From Amoebidium appalachense (taxonomy: Eukaryota; Protista; Ichthyosporea): DNA of 64,000 nucleotides. The translations under genes were made by a program, and so were the position numbers. The stretch's first letter is position 1, and each line of letters begins with the position of its first letter. Positions 1-31,048 of the stretch are shown here, in pieces. Where the stretch lies: contig CAVNZM010000006.1 of NCBI GenBank assembly GCA_963693365.1, forward strand, positions 2,542,001 to 2,606,000, written 5' to 3'. A model generated the notes under the pieces. The model did not search any database. It had not been told where the DNA came from and saw nothing but the letters and a program-made list of their open reading frames with translations.

Positions 1-83
1 ACCCCCCCCCCCCCCTCCCCGTCCGCCCACCCGCTCTTCCCCCCCCCCCCCCCCCCCCCCCCAACCGCCCACCCACGAACACA

Positions 84-179
<96 letters not shown>

Positions 180-187
180 GCGCACGC

Positions 188-343
<156 letters not shown>

Positions 344-355
344 GCGCACACGCAC

Positions 356-16849
<16,494 letters not shown>

Positions 16850-17189
16850 GTTGCCGGCTGCAGCCTCGGGCTGCCGGAACACTAAAGCGAGCTAGCTCTC
16901 CCTCCCTCCCTCTGAATAATGAGTCCACCAGGGCAAGTAAACCTCGATCTTTTCCTACCACTTGCTTTAAAGGCTTCTCACGAAGTAATATCCCTTCCGT
17001 TTTACCTAACACTAATCATATGCCTAACTCAATAGCTACGTATACACCACTCGATATTGTACGTTGTATGCATACACTTTGAGGCGCTTACACAGGCCCC
17101 TAGGACGTTGAGCTGAGCGAGGCAGATTGACTGTCGAATCGACCCGAATCGATCGATGGCAATGGAACACGGCGATCCACAAACACTGC

Positions 17190-17881
17190 AATACGTACAC
17201 ATGCACACTTATATGGCGTGAACACGAAGCAGGTGTGTTTCAGAACCCCACTTTTGCTTTATTTTTTCAAGCTTTCGTGCAGCGGCAGAAAAAAAATACA
17301 TCATATTTTCATGCACTAGTAGTTTGTGAGTCTCTCCAGTTGGCAATGGGGACCGCCATGATCATGGCCATCACTGGCCATGGCATTGTGCAACATGCCA
17401 CCATGATGGGCCATGTGGCTTATATTTGTTACATATTGTGACGCTGTAAGGTGTGCATATCCGTCGTCATTGTGTGTGTGTGTGTGTGTTTCTTTGTGTG
17501 TGTGCGTGTGTGGGTGGACGAGTGTGTGCACGCCGATATGATTTTAGGTTCTCCGTCACGTGCAGTGGGCCAAGGTGCGATGTGCCTGCATATGTTCCTG
17601 TATGTATGTACAGGGTGCCACTTGTGTACACTTGTCACGCCTACATATACCGTTTGCCAATGGCAATAAGGACCACCTAATTATGGGACATTTCGCGGGG
17701 CGGGGGTGGAGTAGGTGGGTTTTTTTGGGGGGAGGGGGGGGGGGGGGGGAAGGGGGGGGAGCCACGGTGCCACCGCGGCCTGCACATGAGGAACACTGGA
17801 GCGTCAGCCCCCCCCTCCCCCCTCCCCCCACCACCACCACCACCACCCACCCAACCAACCACCCACCCACACCCACACACA

Positions 17882-17920
<39 letters not shown>

Positions 17921-17990
17921 TAATATTAATCCCCCCTTCTCCCCACGAACAAGATGGCTGCAAAGATGGCCACCCGACATTTATTGGTGG
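17190..17990 (+). pseudogene. Decayed protein-kinase (TK-like) C-lobe relic
   Basis: Collinear fragments QLAMGTAM..GIVQH (~17337), YDFRFS (17537), LWDISRGG (17681), GCKDGHPTF (17956); manual reading across frameshifts. Confidence 0.3.
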
Positions 17991-18154
17991 TCATCAGGTT
18001 GCAATTGGCTAACGGCCTTGGGTGGGTGGGGAGCGTTGGGGCACAACGGGGGGGGGGGGGGGGGGGGGGGGGGACTCCTCGGGGGAGGCGTAGGTGTGCA
18101 GGAGCTGATAATCACGTGTCACCAGAATCTCAGATTTCGATGAAGAGTCTGCAA

Positions 18155-18225
18155 TGTGTGCCCGCATTGTTCGTCTCCAGTGTGTGCCCGCATTGTTCGT
18201 CTCCAGTGTGTGCCCGCATTGTTCA
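18155..18225. repeat. 26-bp tandem repeat (TGTGTGCCCGCATTGTTCGTCTCCAG) x~3
   Basis: Direct inspection. Confidence 0.8.
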
Positions 18226-18764
18226 TATGTTTGTGCTTTGTGCGATTTTCTTGGGGTTGGGTGATTTGCGGAAGTAGTGACCACGAAAGGCGGGTGTGTG
18301 TGCACCTGCATTTGACCATGAAAGTCACGGATATGCGTGTGTGCATTTGTAAATGCGTGAGATGCACGGTGTGTATGGGGTGGTCGTGTGTGTGCGTGTC
18401 TCTGTGCGCGCGTGCCGGGAGATGTGTTTGGTTTGTGTTTGGTTTCAGTGAGGGGGGAAAGAACATATATGCCAGAGTTGCGCGAGTGTGTGGTGTGTGG
18501 TCTGTGCTAATTTCTGTGTTCTACGTGTGTGCGTGTTCAACTTGCATGTGTACGTCAGTGTGTGTGTGTGGCCCACGGTGTTCAACTCGCATGTGTATGT
18601 GTTGTGTGTGTATCAGTGTGTGTGTGTGGTGTGTGGTGTGAGGTTTGGGTGTTTGGTGTGTGCACACCCATTTGTGTGTGTGTGTGTGCGTGTCTGTGTG
18701 TGTGTGTGTACGTGTGTGATGTGTGGTGCGCATTTTGGGTTGCACGTGTGCCGTGTGTGGTGTG

Positions 18765-18814
<50 letters not shown>

Positions 18815-19193
18815 GTGTGTGTGTGATGCTTGTGCATGTGAGTGTGCGTGTGTGTTGGGTGTGTTGTGGGTATGTATGTGTGTGTGTGTGTATGAGTCGG
18901 TATGATAGTGGAAATTTCGTGTGTATTTAGTACGTGAAAGAAGGATGCCACGGCAAACAAACTGTATTCTTATCTTAGAATAGAATAGGTAATTTATTCT
19001 GTTTAACAAGAATGAAGCCTGTGCTCACAAAGCAAAGGCTGCTAAAAAAGGCTCATTCATTTTTAAAGCAACTATGCTACACTGTGTCAGCCTGATTTTA
19101 AAGGAGTGTCTATGCATGCTCGTTCGTACAAGCCAAACCGTCCTTCGTGTCTACTATATACACCTGCCCACCCCACCCAACCGCACGCGGCGG

Positions 19194-20987
19194 CTACTGC
19201 AGAAGCATGACCAGGGCGGTCAGGAGGGCCAGTACGGGGGTGGCAATGCTTGTGCGCACGGCCGCGCTGGTGAGCTGTGTGTCGGTGCCGGCGCTGTTTG
19301 TGGCCGACCCGTAGACGGAGCCCGATGTGCGCACAGTGGCCGAGCCGCTCTCGGTGGCGCGGCGCATGTGGTGGTTGGTCTCCGACACAACAACGGCGCG
19401 GCGGCGGCGGGCCACGGCCTCATAGTAGACCTCAAAGGTGCAGCGGAACGACAGGCGTGTGATGAGGCCCGGGCCGGGGTCGGGCAACACGTCGTTGGTC
19501 ATCACCTGCTGCAGCCAGTACGTCTGCGTCACCGTGGGCGTCCCCGCAGGCACGTCGGCCCGCAGGCCCACGGCGCTGCCCGTCACGTCCTGCTGGAAGT
19601 TGCTGGCCAGCGTGCCGTTGACGGCCAGCCCGGCGTTGCTGGTCTTGTCGACCCAGCTGCCGCCGTCCGTGCTGACCTCCCACTTCTGCAGCAGCACCGA
19701 GCTGACGCTGGGCCCCTGCAGGTCGATGCGGAAGTATGAGGGCCGGTTCCACTCCCATGCCCGCTGGTGCGTGGTCGACGCCTTGCGCTGCGCGTCCGTG
19801 GTGCCCGTGGGCGCAATGAACCGCACCACCTTGATGATGTTGTTGATGCTGTACAGCGCCCCGCCCGTCTGGCAGAAGTTGTCCGAGTTGAGCGTGATGC
19901 TGATGCTGCTGCCCGTGTCCGGCGTCTGCAGCGGGCAGTCCTCGGCCGCAATGTCCGGCGAGCACGTGACCGTCACCTGCTCCAGCGTGTACGTGCCGTC
20001 CAGCTCGCACACCCGCGGTGTGTCCGAAGCCGGGTGCAGGAACGTCACCTGCATGGTCTTGCGGCAGATCCCCGCACCCCCCGGGTAGGCATAGTCGTTG
20101 GCCGTGCCGTTGCGGCACCGGTCAGCCAGCGTGTTTGCCCCGCTGGTGGCCGACGGGCCCGTGACCGACACGGCATTGCTGGCAGACACAGACGCACCCG
20201 CAACAGGCGTGAGCACCGTCTTGTACTGCGACACGTCGTACGGCCAGTGGATGGCATATGTCAGGTTGAGCGTGCTCTGCGCCTGGTCGGGCCGCAGCAC
20301 AATCTGCTGCGTCACGGCCGCCGTCAGGTTGAACTTGGACGTCACATTGACGTCCGTCGTGACCGTGGCATTGAACAGCACCTGCAGCTTGAAGTTGACC
20401 GGCAGCGTCGTTGACACCGTGCGCGTGTCGCTGGCCTCGTTGACAGACCCCAGCGTCACGGGCTCCGTGTACGTCACATCCAGCGAGCCGTTGTAGAACC
20501 GGTACCACACACCCCCCTCGTCAAACGCAGGCCCCACCGTGAACCCGCAGCCCGTCTCCAGGTAGTTGACGTCGATCTTGATCTGGATGTTGTCGTTGCA
20601 GTTGCTTGCGTCCGCAACATTGGACGCGTTGGTGATGGTGGCAAGCGACAGGAACCGCCCCGACGCACAGTTCTTGAGCGCAAACGACGTGAACCGCCGG
20701 TTCTTCCTGGCCCCGCCGGTCATGGTGACCACCAGCGAGTAGTCCGACTCGTCGATCCACGGCTGGATCACCGACAGGTTCAACAAGTTGGTGGTGACCT
20801 GCAGCTGCGGCTGGTTACCGTCCGCAGACGCCAAGCATGCCCCGAGCGTGCTGCAGTCCCCAATGCGCCCCGAGTCGCACACACACGCATCCGTGGCGCC
20901 TTCAATGTCGATGCTTGCACCGTTGGTGCACGTCTGCGCGGCCACAGACCCGATCAGGGCCGCCGCCGCAAGGAAGGCCTTCAACAT
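19194..20987 (-). CDS. Secreted/GPI-anchored Cys-rich glycoprotein, ZP-like architecture, copy 1 (597 aa, intronless)
   Basis: Uninterrupted GC3-rich ORF; first ATG 20987 (MLKAFLAAAALIGSVAA signal peptide); 15 Cys, 9 N-glycosylation sequons, RRRR site, hydrophobic C-terminus; TATA ~150 nt upstream; 9-nt in-frame insertion at 20781-20789 relative to the other copies. Confidence 0.92.
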   Translation of the reverse strand: MLKAFLAAAALIGSVAAQTCTNGASIDIEGATDACVCDSGRIGDCSTLGACLASADGNQPQLQVTTNLLNLSVIQPWIDESDYSLVVTMTGGARKNRRFTSFALKNCASGRFLSLATITNASNVADASNCNDNIQIKIDVNYLETGCGFTVGPAFDEGGVWYRFYNGSLDVTYTEPVTLGSVNEASDTRTVSTTLPVNFKLQVLFNATVTTDVNVTSKFNLTAAVTQQIVLRPDQAQSTLNLTYAIHWPYDVSQYKTVLTPVAGASVSASNAVSVTGPSATSGANTLADRCRNGTANDYAYPGGAGICRKTMQVTFLHPASDTPRVCELDGTYTLEQVTVTCSPDIAAEDCPLQTPDTGSSISITLNSDNFCQTGGALYSINNIIKVVRFIAPTGTTDAQRKASTTHQRAWEWNRPSYFRIDLQGPSVSSVLLQKWEVSTDGGSWVDKTSNAGLAVNGTLASNFQQDVTGSAVGLRADVPAGTPTVTQTYWLQQVMTNDVLPDPGPGLITRLSFRCTFEVYYEAVARRRRAVVVSETNHHMRRATESGSATVRTSGSVYGSATNSAGTDTQLTSAAVRTSIATPVLALLTALVMLLQ

Positions 20988-21133
20988 GACGAAAGATATT
21001 GCCAATTCGGCACTCTGTGTTATGTAGAACAAAGGAGGAACTACAAAGCTGTGTTAATCACAAATGGCTGTTGAAACGTTTTCTCAGTCGGAACGTGTTA
21101 TTACCGATGAAGAGCAGAGTGGCAAGTTCGCTT

Positions 21134-21235
21134 GTTTTATATCCCCGAGTCACCATGAGAAGGCAGTGGGATAAAATTAGGAATTTTCACTCTCGCCAAG
21201 TATGTAGCGTGATATTTGTTTGCCGGGATTGGTGA
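21134..21235 (-). promoter_or_regulatory. Core promoter of copy 1 (TATAAAA, GGAATT, CCAAT)
   Basis: Reverse-strand GATATAAAA at ~21134-21142 and GATTGG at ~21227; same layout in the other copies. Confidence 0.6.
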
Positions 21236-21326
21236 TTCTTGTCCGCTCACATTTGATTCGGTCACCTGACCATCGTAGTAAAATATAACCCAATCGCTGA
21301 CCACATAGCTGCAAACCTTCAATTCG

Positions 21327-22714
<1,388 letters not shown>

Positions 22715-24209
22715 TCAGACACGTGCAGGAACGAATACACTGACCGTGACTTTGTGCGGCAACGAAAAGAAAAGGGAAGAAAAGGATACTATAAACTCAT
22801 GGTCACATAATCTATTTTCTTTTTTATTGGGCTACATACATTCACCGGTTTGCCTTATCTTCACCTTCCACACGCTCAGGAGTGATATCGATGGTTCAAT
22901 TGAACAAGGGTGTGAATCTATATATTCCAATGCATTCCACTTTGTTTAGCCTTCCCTGGCTGCGACACAGCATCCGTCAGGTCAGTATATTTTTTTGTTC
23001 AGTGTCGAATATGTAGGGGCTCTATCCCAAACTAGTATCATATAGTCTGACGTAGAAGTTGCCGAAAATATTGCTTGTAGGTGGGATCCTTGTGGTAGGA
23101 TCAAGGTCGAGTCGAGTCACGGAACCCGAATCGCGGCGCGCAGGGCTGGATCGGGTCAATCGGGATTCGGGAACATTCGTGGGGGCTTATGTAGACCGCG
23201 CATAACAGGTGACCGCGTGGTCGACCCTCAGTCAGTCTGATGGTAGTCGGCTAGCAGTCACTCGTAACGCTCTGCCGTTGTCAGTAGTTCTGCTTTGCAG
23301 ACGGGTGGACACCTACAGACAAACACACTTAGGTTCGGTGGTTCCACAACCCCCATTCCTGTTCCCAAACACGCCCTTGCTATACTTTAATCCTGACACA
23401 TCCGGATTGGGCTCCGAAGCCGTTCAATTCATGAAGTTTCTACAGGCTAATCTTCACGAAACATGCCATTGCTTTTGATTGGCGTAGACTTAATGAAGCA
23501 TTCCAACTGCATTCCACTTGTTTAGCCCCGCTGCCCTGCCCCTACTCATGATCACTGAGTCAGTCTTAGCTGCCGACTTCCTTTGCTCACGCTAGTTCAA
23601 GTCTAGTATTTAAAGGAATCGGTGTGTGCATATAGTTTGTGTATTTGTGAAGTAACATCTTCCATATGGTATGGTGTTGTGGTTGAAGATTTTGTGTTGC
23701 AGTATGGCACGAGCCATGGTCTCGCGTGATTGGCGTGAACCGTGTGATGCACTGATGCACGCATGCACATACATGCATTCCAGGGATCGTAGGAATACCC
23801 CCCCCCCCCCCCCCCCCATGATATACCGCTGAGGGGATATTCCGAGCAAAAACGCCCCATACCTGAGACTGGTGTCTCTTTGCCTCGAGTAAACAGCGTA
23901 AACCCATCGTAGTTACGGTAGGATACCTGATGGTCACCCTCTTTATGCTTTCTTTCCCCCCCTCCCTCCATCCCTCTTCCCCCCCGATTCACCAACGCTA
24001 CTTCTGAATGTCCTCACCCTACCCTCTTTCAACCTGATTCTTCCTCTCGCTATCTCACTCCCTCTTTCTTTTCTCTTCCTGTTTTCTCTGCCTTTTCGCG
24101 TTATTACCATACGCAGTATAAGTTTCTTTCTCGTTCTGATAGAGAAATCAAAGGTAAAACCGTTAGTCGGCATGTGTTATGTTCCTTAGGCAACACCGTA
24201 CTGATCATT

Positions 24210-24330
24210 ATCGCTTTTTGGGAGCTTTGGGAGGATACATTTCTCCTGCTGTACGTATGGATACCACCCTAGTAGATAAGTCTGTATGGTGCTCTGATGT
24301 TGATATTGCCTGGGAAGTTTTGCAGTGGCG
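24210..24330 (+). pseudogene. Kinase subdomain VIII-IX relic
   Basis: FLGALGGYISPAV..LVDKSVWCSDVDIAWEVL resembles GT.GY.aPE..KSDVWS.Gv..WEv. Confidence 0.3.
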
Positions 24331-25079
24331 TTGTAATTCTTGTTTTCATCGCCGCTGGTGCCACTTTTGTGCTGAACTTTTTAATCGCAAGCATGTTGAC
24401 AGATAGGTGTGAGTTTTTATGTCGCGTTTTACCTCTTTCCCTACGGGTGTCTGCTACACTAGCTGGCAATGTGAACACTTTAGACTTTTTGTTGAATTCT
24501 GTTGGTCGTCACATTGAGTATCTATATGATTTTCACATAGTGTTCAGGTATCTCAGTATGCACTTGTTACTGGAATACTCGTGAAGTTTTTATTGCCTTC
24601 TCAGTATGCCGTGCATACTTGCATATCTTTCCGTCGAATAAATCCAGTCAAAAGAAGAAGAAAAAAATAGTTACGGTCAGGTGCGTCCAGTGCGGCCAAC
24701 CCCGGGCACCAAGTCGGGCACCAAGTCGTCACTTTTTTGTATACCAAGTTAGCAATTATATTTTTTATTTTAAACAGTAAACGTTGCCTCGCAATATGTG
24801 CGCATGCGTGCAGTTGAATCTGGTATTCCCATCGATATAGGACTCGAACACCGAAAGCAAGTGACTCAACACCATGGTCGTGAGTGTGACCCACATGCAA
24901 TTGCTGGGCACCCGACCATTACAGTACGTATGCAGGTGGTACCGATGGGGCCCAAGCCTTTTAACTTTCCTTTTGAGGTGCAGGTATTCAATGCCATGCA
25001 CGTAGCACGTATATACATCCATACATGCACGGAGACTTCTGCGCGCATTCCCCCTATGATAGTGCATATGATTGATAGA

Positions 25080-25672
25080 GGGGTCGCCCGCAACCGGTAT
25101 ATATTTATATATATTTATATATTTATTTATATATTTATCATAGCCCGATATCATCTCGTATATCGTGCATGTATATTGGGGCATACTGGTTGAGTTGCAT
25201 ATAACAGTCAAGAGTGGCACAGGCTGTGCCATTCTTGACACGACACGATACGGATCATGGCAGAGTCGGACTCAGCGATGTTTGATTGGTCCGATATTAA
25301 ACGTGTGTGGCACAGTACACACAATACTACTGGATGGTGCTATACTCCTAGGTGTTCCACTCGATTACTAGTGGCACAGGCTGTGCCATTCTCGATCACG
25401 AGCCTGCAGCAACTTCCCTGGTGCAGAGCTTCATACAAATGTTATTTGCATGTTTTTATGTACTCGTTTATACATGATTATATTAATATTACTTATATCA
25501 TGGTATTTCCATATAGTCATAATAATCAGTATATATCAACATATATTTACATATATTTATATATATTTACATATGTTTATATATATTTATATATATTTAT
25601 ATATATTTACACATATTTGTATATATTTCAGTTATATATATTTGTATATATTTACCGGTTGCGGGCGACCCC
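25080..25672. mobile_element. 593-bp MITE with 20-bp perfect TIR and 8-bp TSD (Merlin/hAT-type)
   Basis: TTGATAGA|GGGGTCGCCCGCAACCGGTA ... TACCGGTTGCGGGCGACCCC|TTGATAGA; AT-rich subterminal tracts; internal palindrome TGGCACAGGCTGTGCCA twice. Confidence 0.9.
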
Positions 25673-25713
25673 TTGATAGATATTGATGGTTACCGTGATC
25701 TTTAAAGTTTTAA

Positions 25714-28700
25714 GGGGATCCCCTTGCTGTGATTTTTGGAAATTCCACGCATTCGATTGGATACCGGTTATCCAATCGAAGAGGTTATATTGAATTGAAT
25801 CTAAATCAAATAGACTTTTTTGGTTAATCAAGATCCGGTATTACCATTGGCTGTAGGAATCACCATTTTGGCCGCGGAGACCCACAGTCGTGATTTCGGG
25901 GCCGAAAAGTGCCTGTAAATTTTAGTAGCCTATCGAAAGTACATCATAAATCGGATTGTATCACACGGTGTCGACGGCAGCCACACGCAGGCTTTCCAGC
26001 CAAAGTTTGGCGCGAAACAACAGAGCTCGGAGAGTTTCCGGCCGAGGACGGCGCCCTGCCGCGCCTGAAGCGCCCGGCGGTGGTTGCCTGCACCCCAGGG
26101 GGAGCATGGTGGACGCAGGGGAAAAGAAATGACAGTAATAAAACAGGAACTAGTACACCTCATTTGTTCATCACATCTTTTTTCAAACATGTTCGAACTT
26201 GGCGGACATTTCATTACATGTTTTCAAACATGTTCGAACTTGGCGGACAAGAAAGGCAGGAAGAGAGTACAAAAACGCTCAGACAATGCTACCAAGCCCA
26301 CAAAGAAACAGCTACTAAAACTGCTAGCTGAACGCAAGAGAAAGAATAACGTCGAAGAAGAAAACAACACAGACACTAGTGCAGAGGATGCACAACGGGA
26401 TCCCACACAGGAACAGAGCGAGGTTAGCTCAAACAGTCAGGAAAGCACCCATAGTGAGACCAGTGTTAATACTGGGGGAGGGGGGGGGGTTCACCCCCTT
26501 CCCCCGCCCATAGTAGCCCCAATAGCCCTAGTGTAGGTAAAAGCGATTCGGAGGAAGAATGCACCCCCCCTCGCAAAAAGCACAGAGCAGAGCTGGAAGC
26601 TACAAACACACCCACACCCACAACCACACCACGGACCGACCCCGCAGAGGGAGCAGCACAGCATGCTGTCGAGGTTGAAAATCATAGCGACGATTCCCAC
26701 TCAGGTAGTGATGGCGATGGCAGCAGCAGCGATGCTGAGGATGCGGGCAAGGAAAGCAGTAGCAGTGTTGGGGGCTACAAGTCCATAGGCTCTAGTGACT
26801 ATTCAGACGCCGTTCCCCTCAGAGTGATGGTCCGCCTTAGAGAACGTAGGGGTTCTCTGGGGACCGAAAATGACCCACCTGCAGCTAGCGTCGACCCGGT
26901 TGATGCACAAAACGCGAGTGCACAAGAAACAGACACCACAGCCCCACTATCTATCAATCCGGATGCAACCACCAACCCCACCAGCTCACCAACCCGAGGC
27001 CCACCCCCTAAAAAACCACGTATGCCACGCACACACCCAGATGAAAGCACAATCGAAGAGGGGCTCAAGTTTTCTAATGCTGGTCTTGATGGGAAATCGA
27101 TAAAGCCCATGTACATACTCCAACACGTAGACATTTTCATACAGACCATTTGTGACAACATGCTTTGTAAACATTGTCAAAACCCATACACGAGACGCTC
27201 CGCACATGCGAGACGGACACGGGTACCCTTGGGCAAAGCCTTGACCTCGATGCTTGCAACGCGGTACAACACAAAACGCCTGTTTTTAGGGACGAGACCA
27301 CCAACAGGCATACCATTCGGATTTATGTAGTGACGGTACTCGTTATAAAAAACTTCATCGTCTAGTGCAGCTATATCTCGCACCTCTTGAACGAGTGAGT
27401 GTTCGCACGCACAATACAGCTCGGGCGTCCCTTGACAGTCAGGGCAAACGGCGAACTCGTCGTTCTCACTCATAATTACTTAGTATGTGCGCGTTTGAAC
27501 AACAAAGAAAGTGAGCATTTCTGGGCGTGTCACGCCTTTTGTACCCTCACGTCGCGAGGAGGAACTTCGAGGAGGGTAAACAAAATCAAGGCGAACAATG
27601 TTCCCTCTGGCGTTCACTATGACAAGAGCCCCAGGCAGTTGAGACGTGCCCAGTAGCGTTGATATAATACACATATGTATAAGCCATAAAACAATAAGTA
27701 AACAATTCATTGGTAAGGTAAAGAATCAAAATTCATGCATATCATATATGAAGGCCGTATGAATTCGTACTTCTTCTTCCTATGCACCGCCGAGGCCGGA
27801 GGGTGTTGCCCTACCTAGCTCCAACTACAGCCTTGCCTACCAAGTAGCCTGGAAACCACATAGCGCATGACAACAATCCAATGGCAGATAGCCCTTTTAT
27901 GGTCCCTAGTGCACTAATTGGAAAATTCGCATATCGCTAATATTTTTGCCATGAAAAGCCTTACTATAATCTAAAATTGAATAAATTTATACATACAACC
28001 ACGTTTTTACCGACAGGTACTACACAACAGCGCCTTGGTTTTGTATAACTCACAGGAACACGAAGGATTGCATCCATGTAAGGCCCAATCAGATCTTTCT
28101 GTTGATCCAGCATTTCGGCGCCAAAAAACCTCATTGCGCGATCTGATTGGCTTTGCGAGGTCGACTGGCGGGAAAGCGAATGCGTGTACAGCCAATCACA
28201 CGAGACTGGCGTGCACTGAATTTTGGGTGGTCGCAGAGTAGGGCAAACACACGCCGTACGGGCTGGAAAGAGGCCTCTGCGAACCAGATGCAGACCGTAA
28301 GGTTGGAAATTCACCACTGAATATCCCCCTCCGGCGGTCGTTCCCCGTTTCCCTTCCCGACGCCCCCTTTGATACCCTTACTATACAGCACCCACCGTCT
28401 ATTAGGAAGCAAGCCCTGGGAATTTTGCTGAAGGAAAATGACATTCGTACGCCTTTAGTATATATTAAAATAAGAATTACCAAGGCTGTAGGTGCTCCTT
28501 ACGATTTTTTTTTCGAGGTGGATCTGGTTCCTAGAAAACCAGCTGTGGTCATTACGCTATACACGCCGGCCGCGATCTATTGGTTGAGGCGATCATCTCT
28601 CTAAGTGCGGCTCACTAATAGCCGGTCCAAATCGTCGCTTGATTAGATCAAAGTCACGCTCCTATTTTATTAATAAATCCGGAGATATATGACCCGAAAA

Positions 28701-28718
28701 CCCACCCAGTAGATCCCC
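25714..28718 (+). mobile_element. Internally deleted Kolobok-like DNA transposon (3005 bp)
   Basis: TTAA|GGGGATC... and ...GATCCCC|TTAA with an imperfect ~22-bp TIR. Frameshifted plus-strand ORF (~26230-27365; basic N-terminus, acidic low-complexity stretch, LCKHCQ..GTLGQSLDLDACN..H zinc-ribbon-like motif) meets a convergent Cys-rich ORF remnant (~27340-27710; CPDC..CAC). Confidence 0.65.
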
Positions 28719-28727
28719 TTAAAGTAG

Positions 28728-28762
<35 letters not shown>

Positions 28763-28803
28763 CACCCCACCCCACCCCCCAACCCTTCTGTAGTATACCC
28801 CTC

Positions 28804-28835
<32 letters not shown>

Positions 28836-29077
28836 ATCGTTCTGCCATGCCTCTTTGACGGGCTCAGTCTAGAACGTAGGTATACAGGTCCTGTGGGGCT
28901 GGTACCCACCCGACAAGGCAGCGGTTCTAGACCTGAATAACTTATGATTTCGCGCAACGCTTAGTCGCCCGTGTGTGCGGGGTGCTCGTGCCTGTGTGCC
29001 GTGTACGTGTATGTGTGTGTGACTGTGTGTGTCTGTGTGTGTGCGTGTGTGTGTTTGTGCGTGTGTGCGTGTGTGCG

Positions 29078-29132
<55 letters not shown>

Positions 29133-29172
29133 GTGCGTGTGTGCGTGTGTGTGTGCGTGTGTGCGTGTGTGC

Positions 29173-29236
<64 letters not shown>

Positions 29237-29479
29237 CAAGGTGAAGAAAGGTTAGAGTTGAAATGTGGAGGGGAGTGGGTGGAGGCTACAAGTGGTAGCA
29301 CTTATTTTTTATCATAATTTATTTTATTTTATTTATTTATTTATTTTGAGGGGGGGGGGGGGGGGGGAGGTTGGTGAGAGGGGGACAGCTTACCGTTCAA
29401 AGAGGGTGATGGGTCCCCCCCAACCCCCACGCCCTCCGGGAAAGCAGGGGGGATGGGAGGGGGGAGGGGGAGGAACTGT

Positions 29480-29510
<31 letters not shown>

Positions 29511-29556
29511 GGGGGGGAGACGGGGACCTAACCGTTTAAAAGCGTGATGCTCACAC

Positions 29557-29589
<33 letters not shown>

Positions 29590-30934
29590 ATTAGAGGCCC
29601 GCCCCCTAGTGGCCAGCAGGGATGGGGGGGGGGGGGGGGGAGGGGGGGAGGGGGGGAGGGGGGGGGGGGGGGGGGACCACCCACTGGCATCCCACGGGCT
29701 GCCATGACTTTGTCGGATATCGATGATGGCATCACCGATATCCGAGTACAATAATTTAGCAGCGGTTTATGTTCCTGCTTAAAACACTAACACAACTTGA
29801 AGTTTAGGATGCCTTAAAGATATTAATGTCTGAAGCTCAGACTACACACTTGCGCCATCCTCTTCCTCCCCTTAACACCCCCATCCCCCCCCCCCCCCCC
29901 TCCCCCCACCCACCCACCCGCCCATCTACCCACCCCACCTCCACTACATTCCCCCGCAGTGCACAATCACACATGTACACACACGTGCACACACTCTCAC
30001 ATACCACACGTATTTCACATGTACCTGCACACACATATACAACCACCAGCCACACATGCTGCACGTGCACAATTCTTCTATCATAGCACCTGCACCGATA
30101 TGCAGATCACTGTCCCCTGCATAATTACTATATTATTATTAATCAAGTTAGTGGGCAAACTTTAAACACCCACATGCGTAAAAAGTAAATCTTGTGTGCT
30201 CACAGGGCTACATAGAGACTAACAGGGTTCAGGACGATACATGCACACAGGCACATTGCTGCATTAGTCGAACATCACGATCTTAACGCACACAAATGCC
30301 GAAGAATTTGGTTATGTGCATGGCCGAAAGCTCACACACACAGTCACAAAAGCCAAAAAAAAACACACAAGAATGCACACACATTGGCACACCACACATA
30401 CAGACAATCCCACACATAACACAAGTGTGCACACGAACAAACCACGTTGATCGCGGTAACGGTGTCCCCGATAATTCATCATCTTAGACGCTGATCGTAA
30501 CCAGAGTGAGTTGGTGGGTGGGATTGAGGGAAAGGAGGATGTGTGGCCAAAGGGGGGGGGGGGGGGGGGGAGGGGGGAGGGGGGAGGGGGGAGGCGAAGG
30601 GGGGGTCCCAACCCACCGGACAGGTGCCCCCGGCCTCCTCCCCCCCCCCCCCTCCTCCTTTGCCGGGGAAGGAGGGGAGGGGAGGGGGGGGGGCGGGGAG
30701 AACGGGGGGATGGGGGAGGGGAGGGGAGGGGGACACCCACCCCCAAAGCCGATGGACCCCCCCCCCCCTCTTTCCCCCCTCATCTCCCCCCGCCCTTCTC
30801 GCCCCCTCCAGTTTCGGGGTGAAGAGGCGGGGCCATCAGGTGTGCCTGTGTGGTAGGGGGAGGGGGGGGGGGGGGGGGGTAAGGGGAGGGGGAGGGGAAG
30901 GGGGGGGGGGGGGGGGGGTGTCAGTGTGTGCGGG

Positions 30935-31048
<114 letters not shown>

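Noticed and set aside
20988-21032. N-terminal extensions MFYITQ../MPLCSS.. in the ORF track for copies 1-3
   Set aside because: They begin at non-ATG codons, are not conserved in copy 4, and precede the signal-peptide ATG
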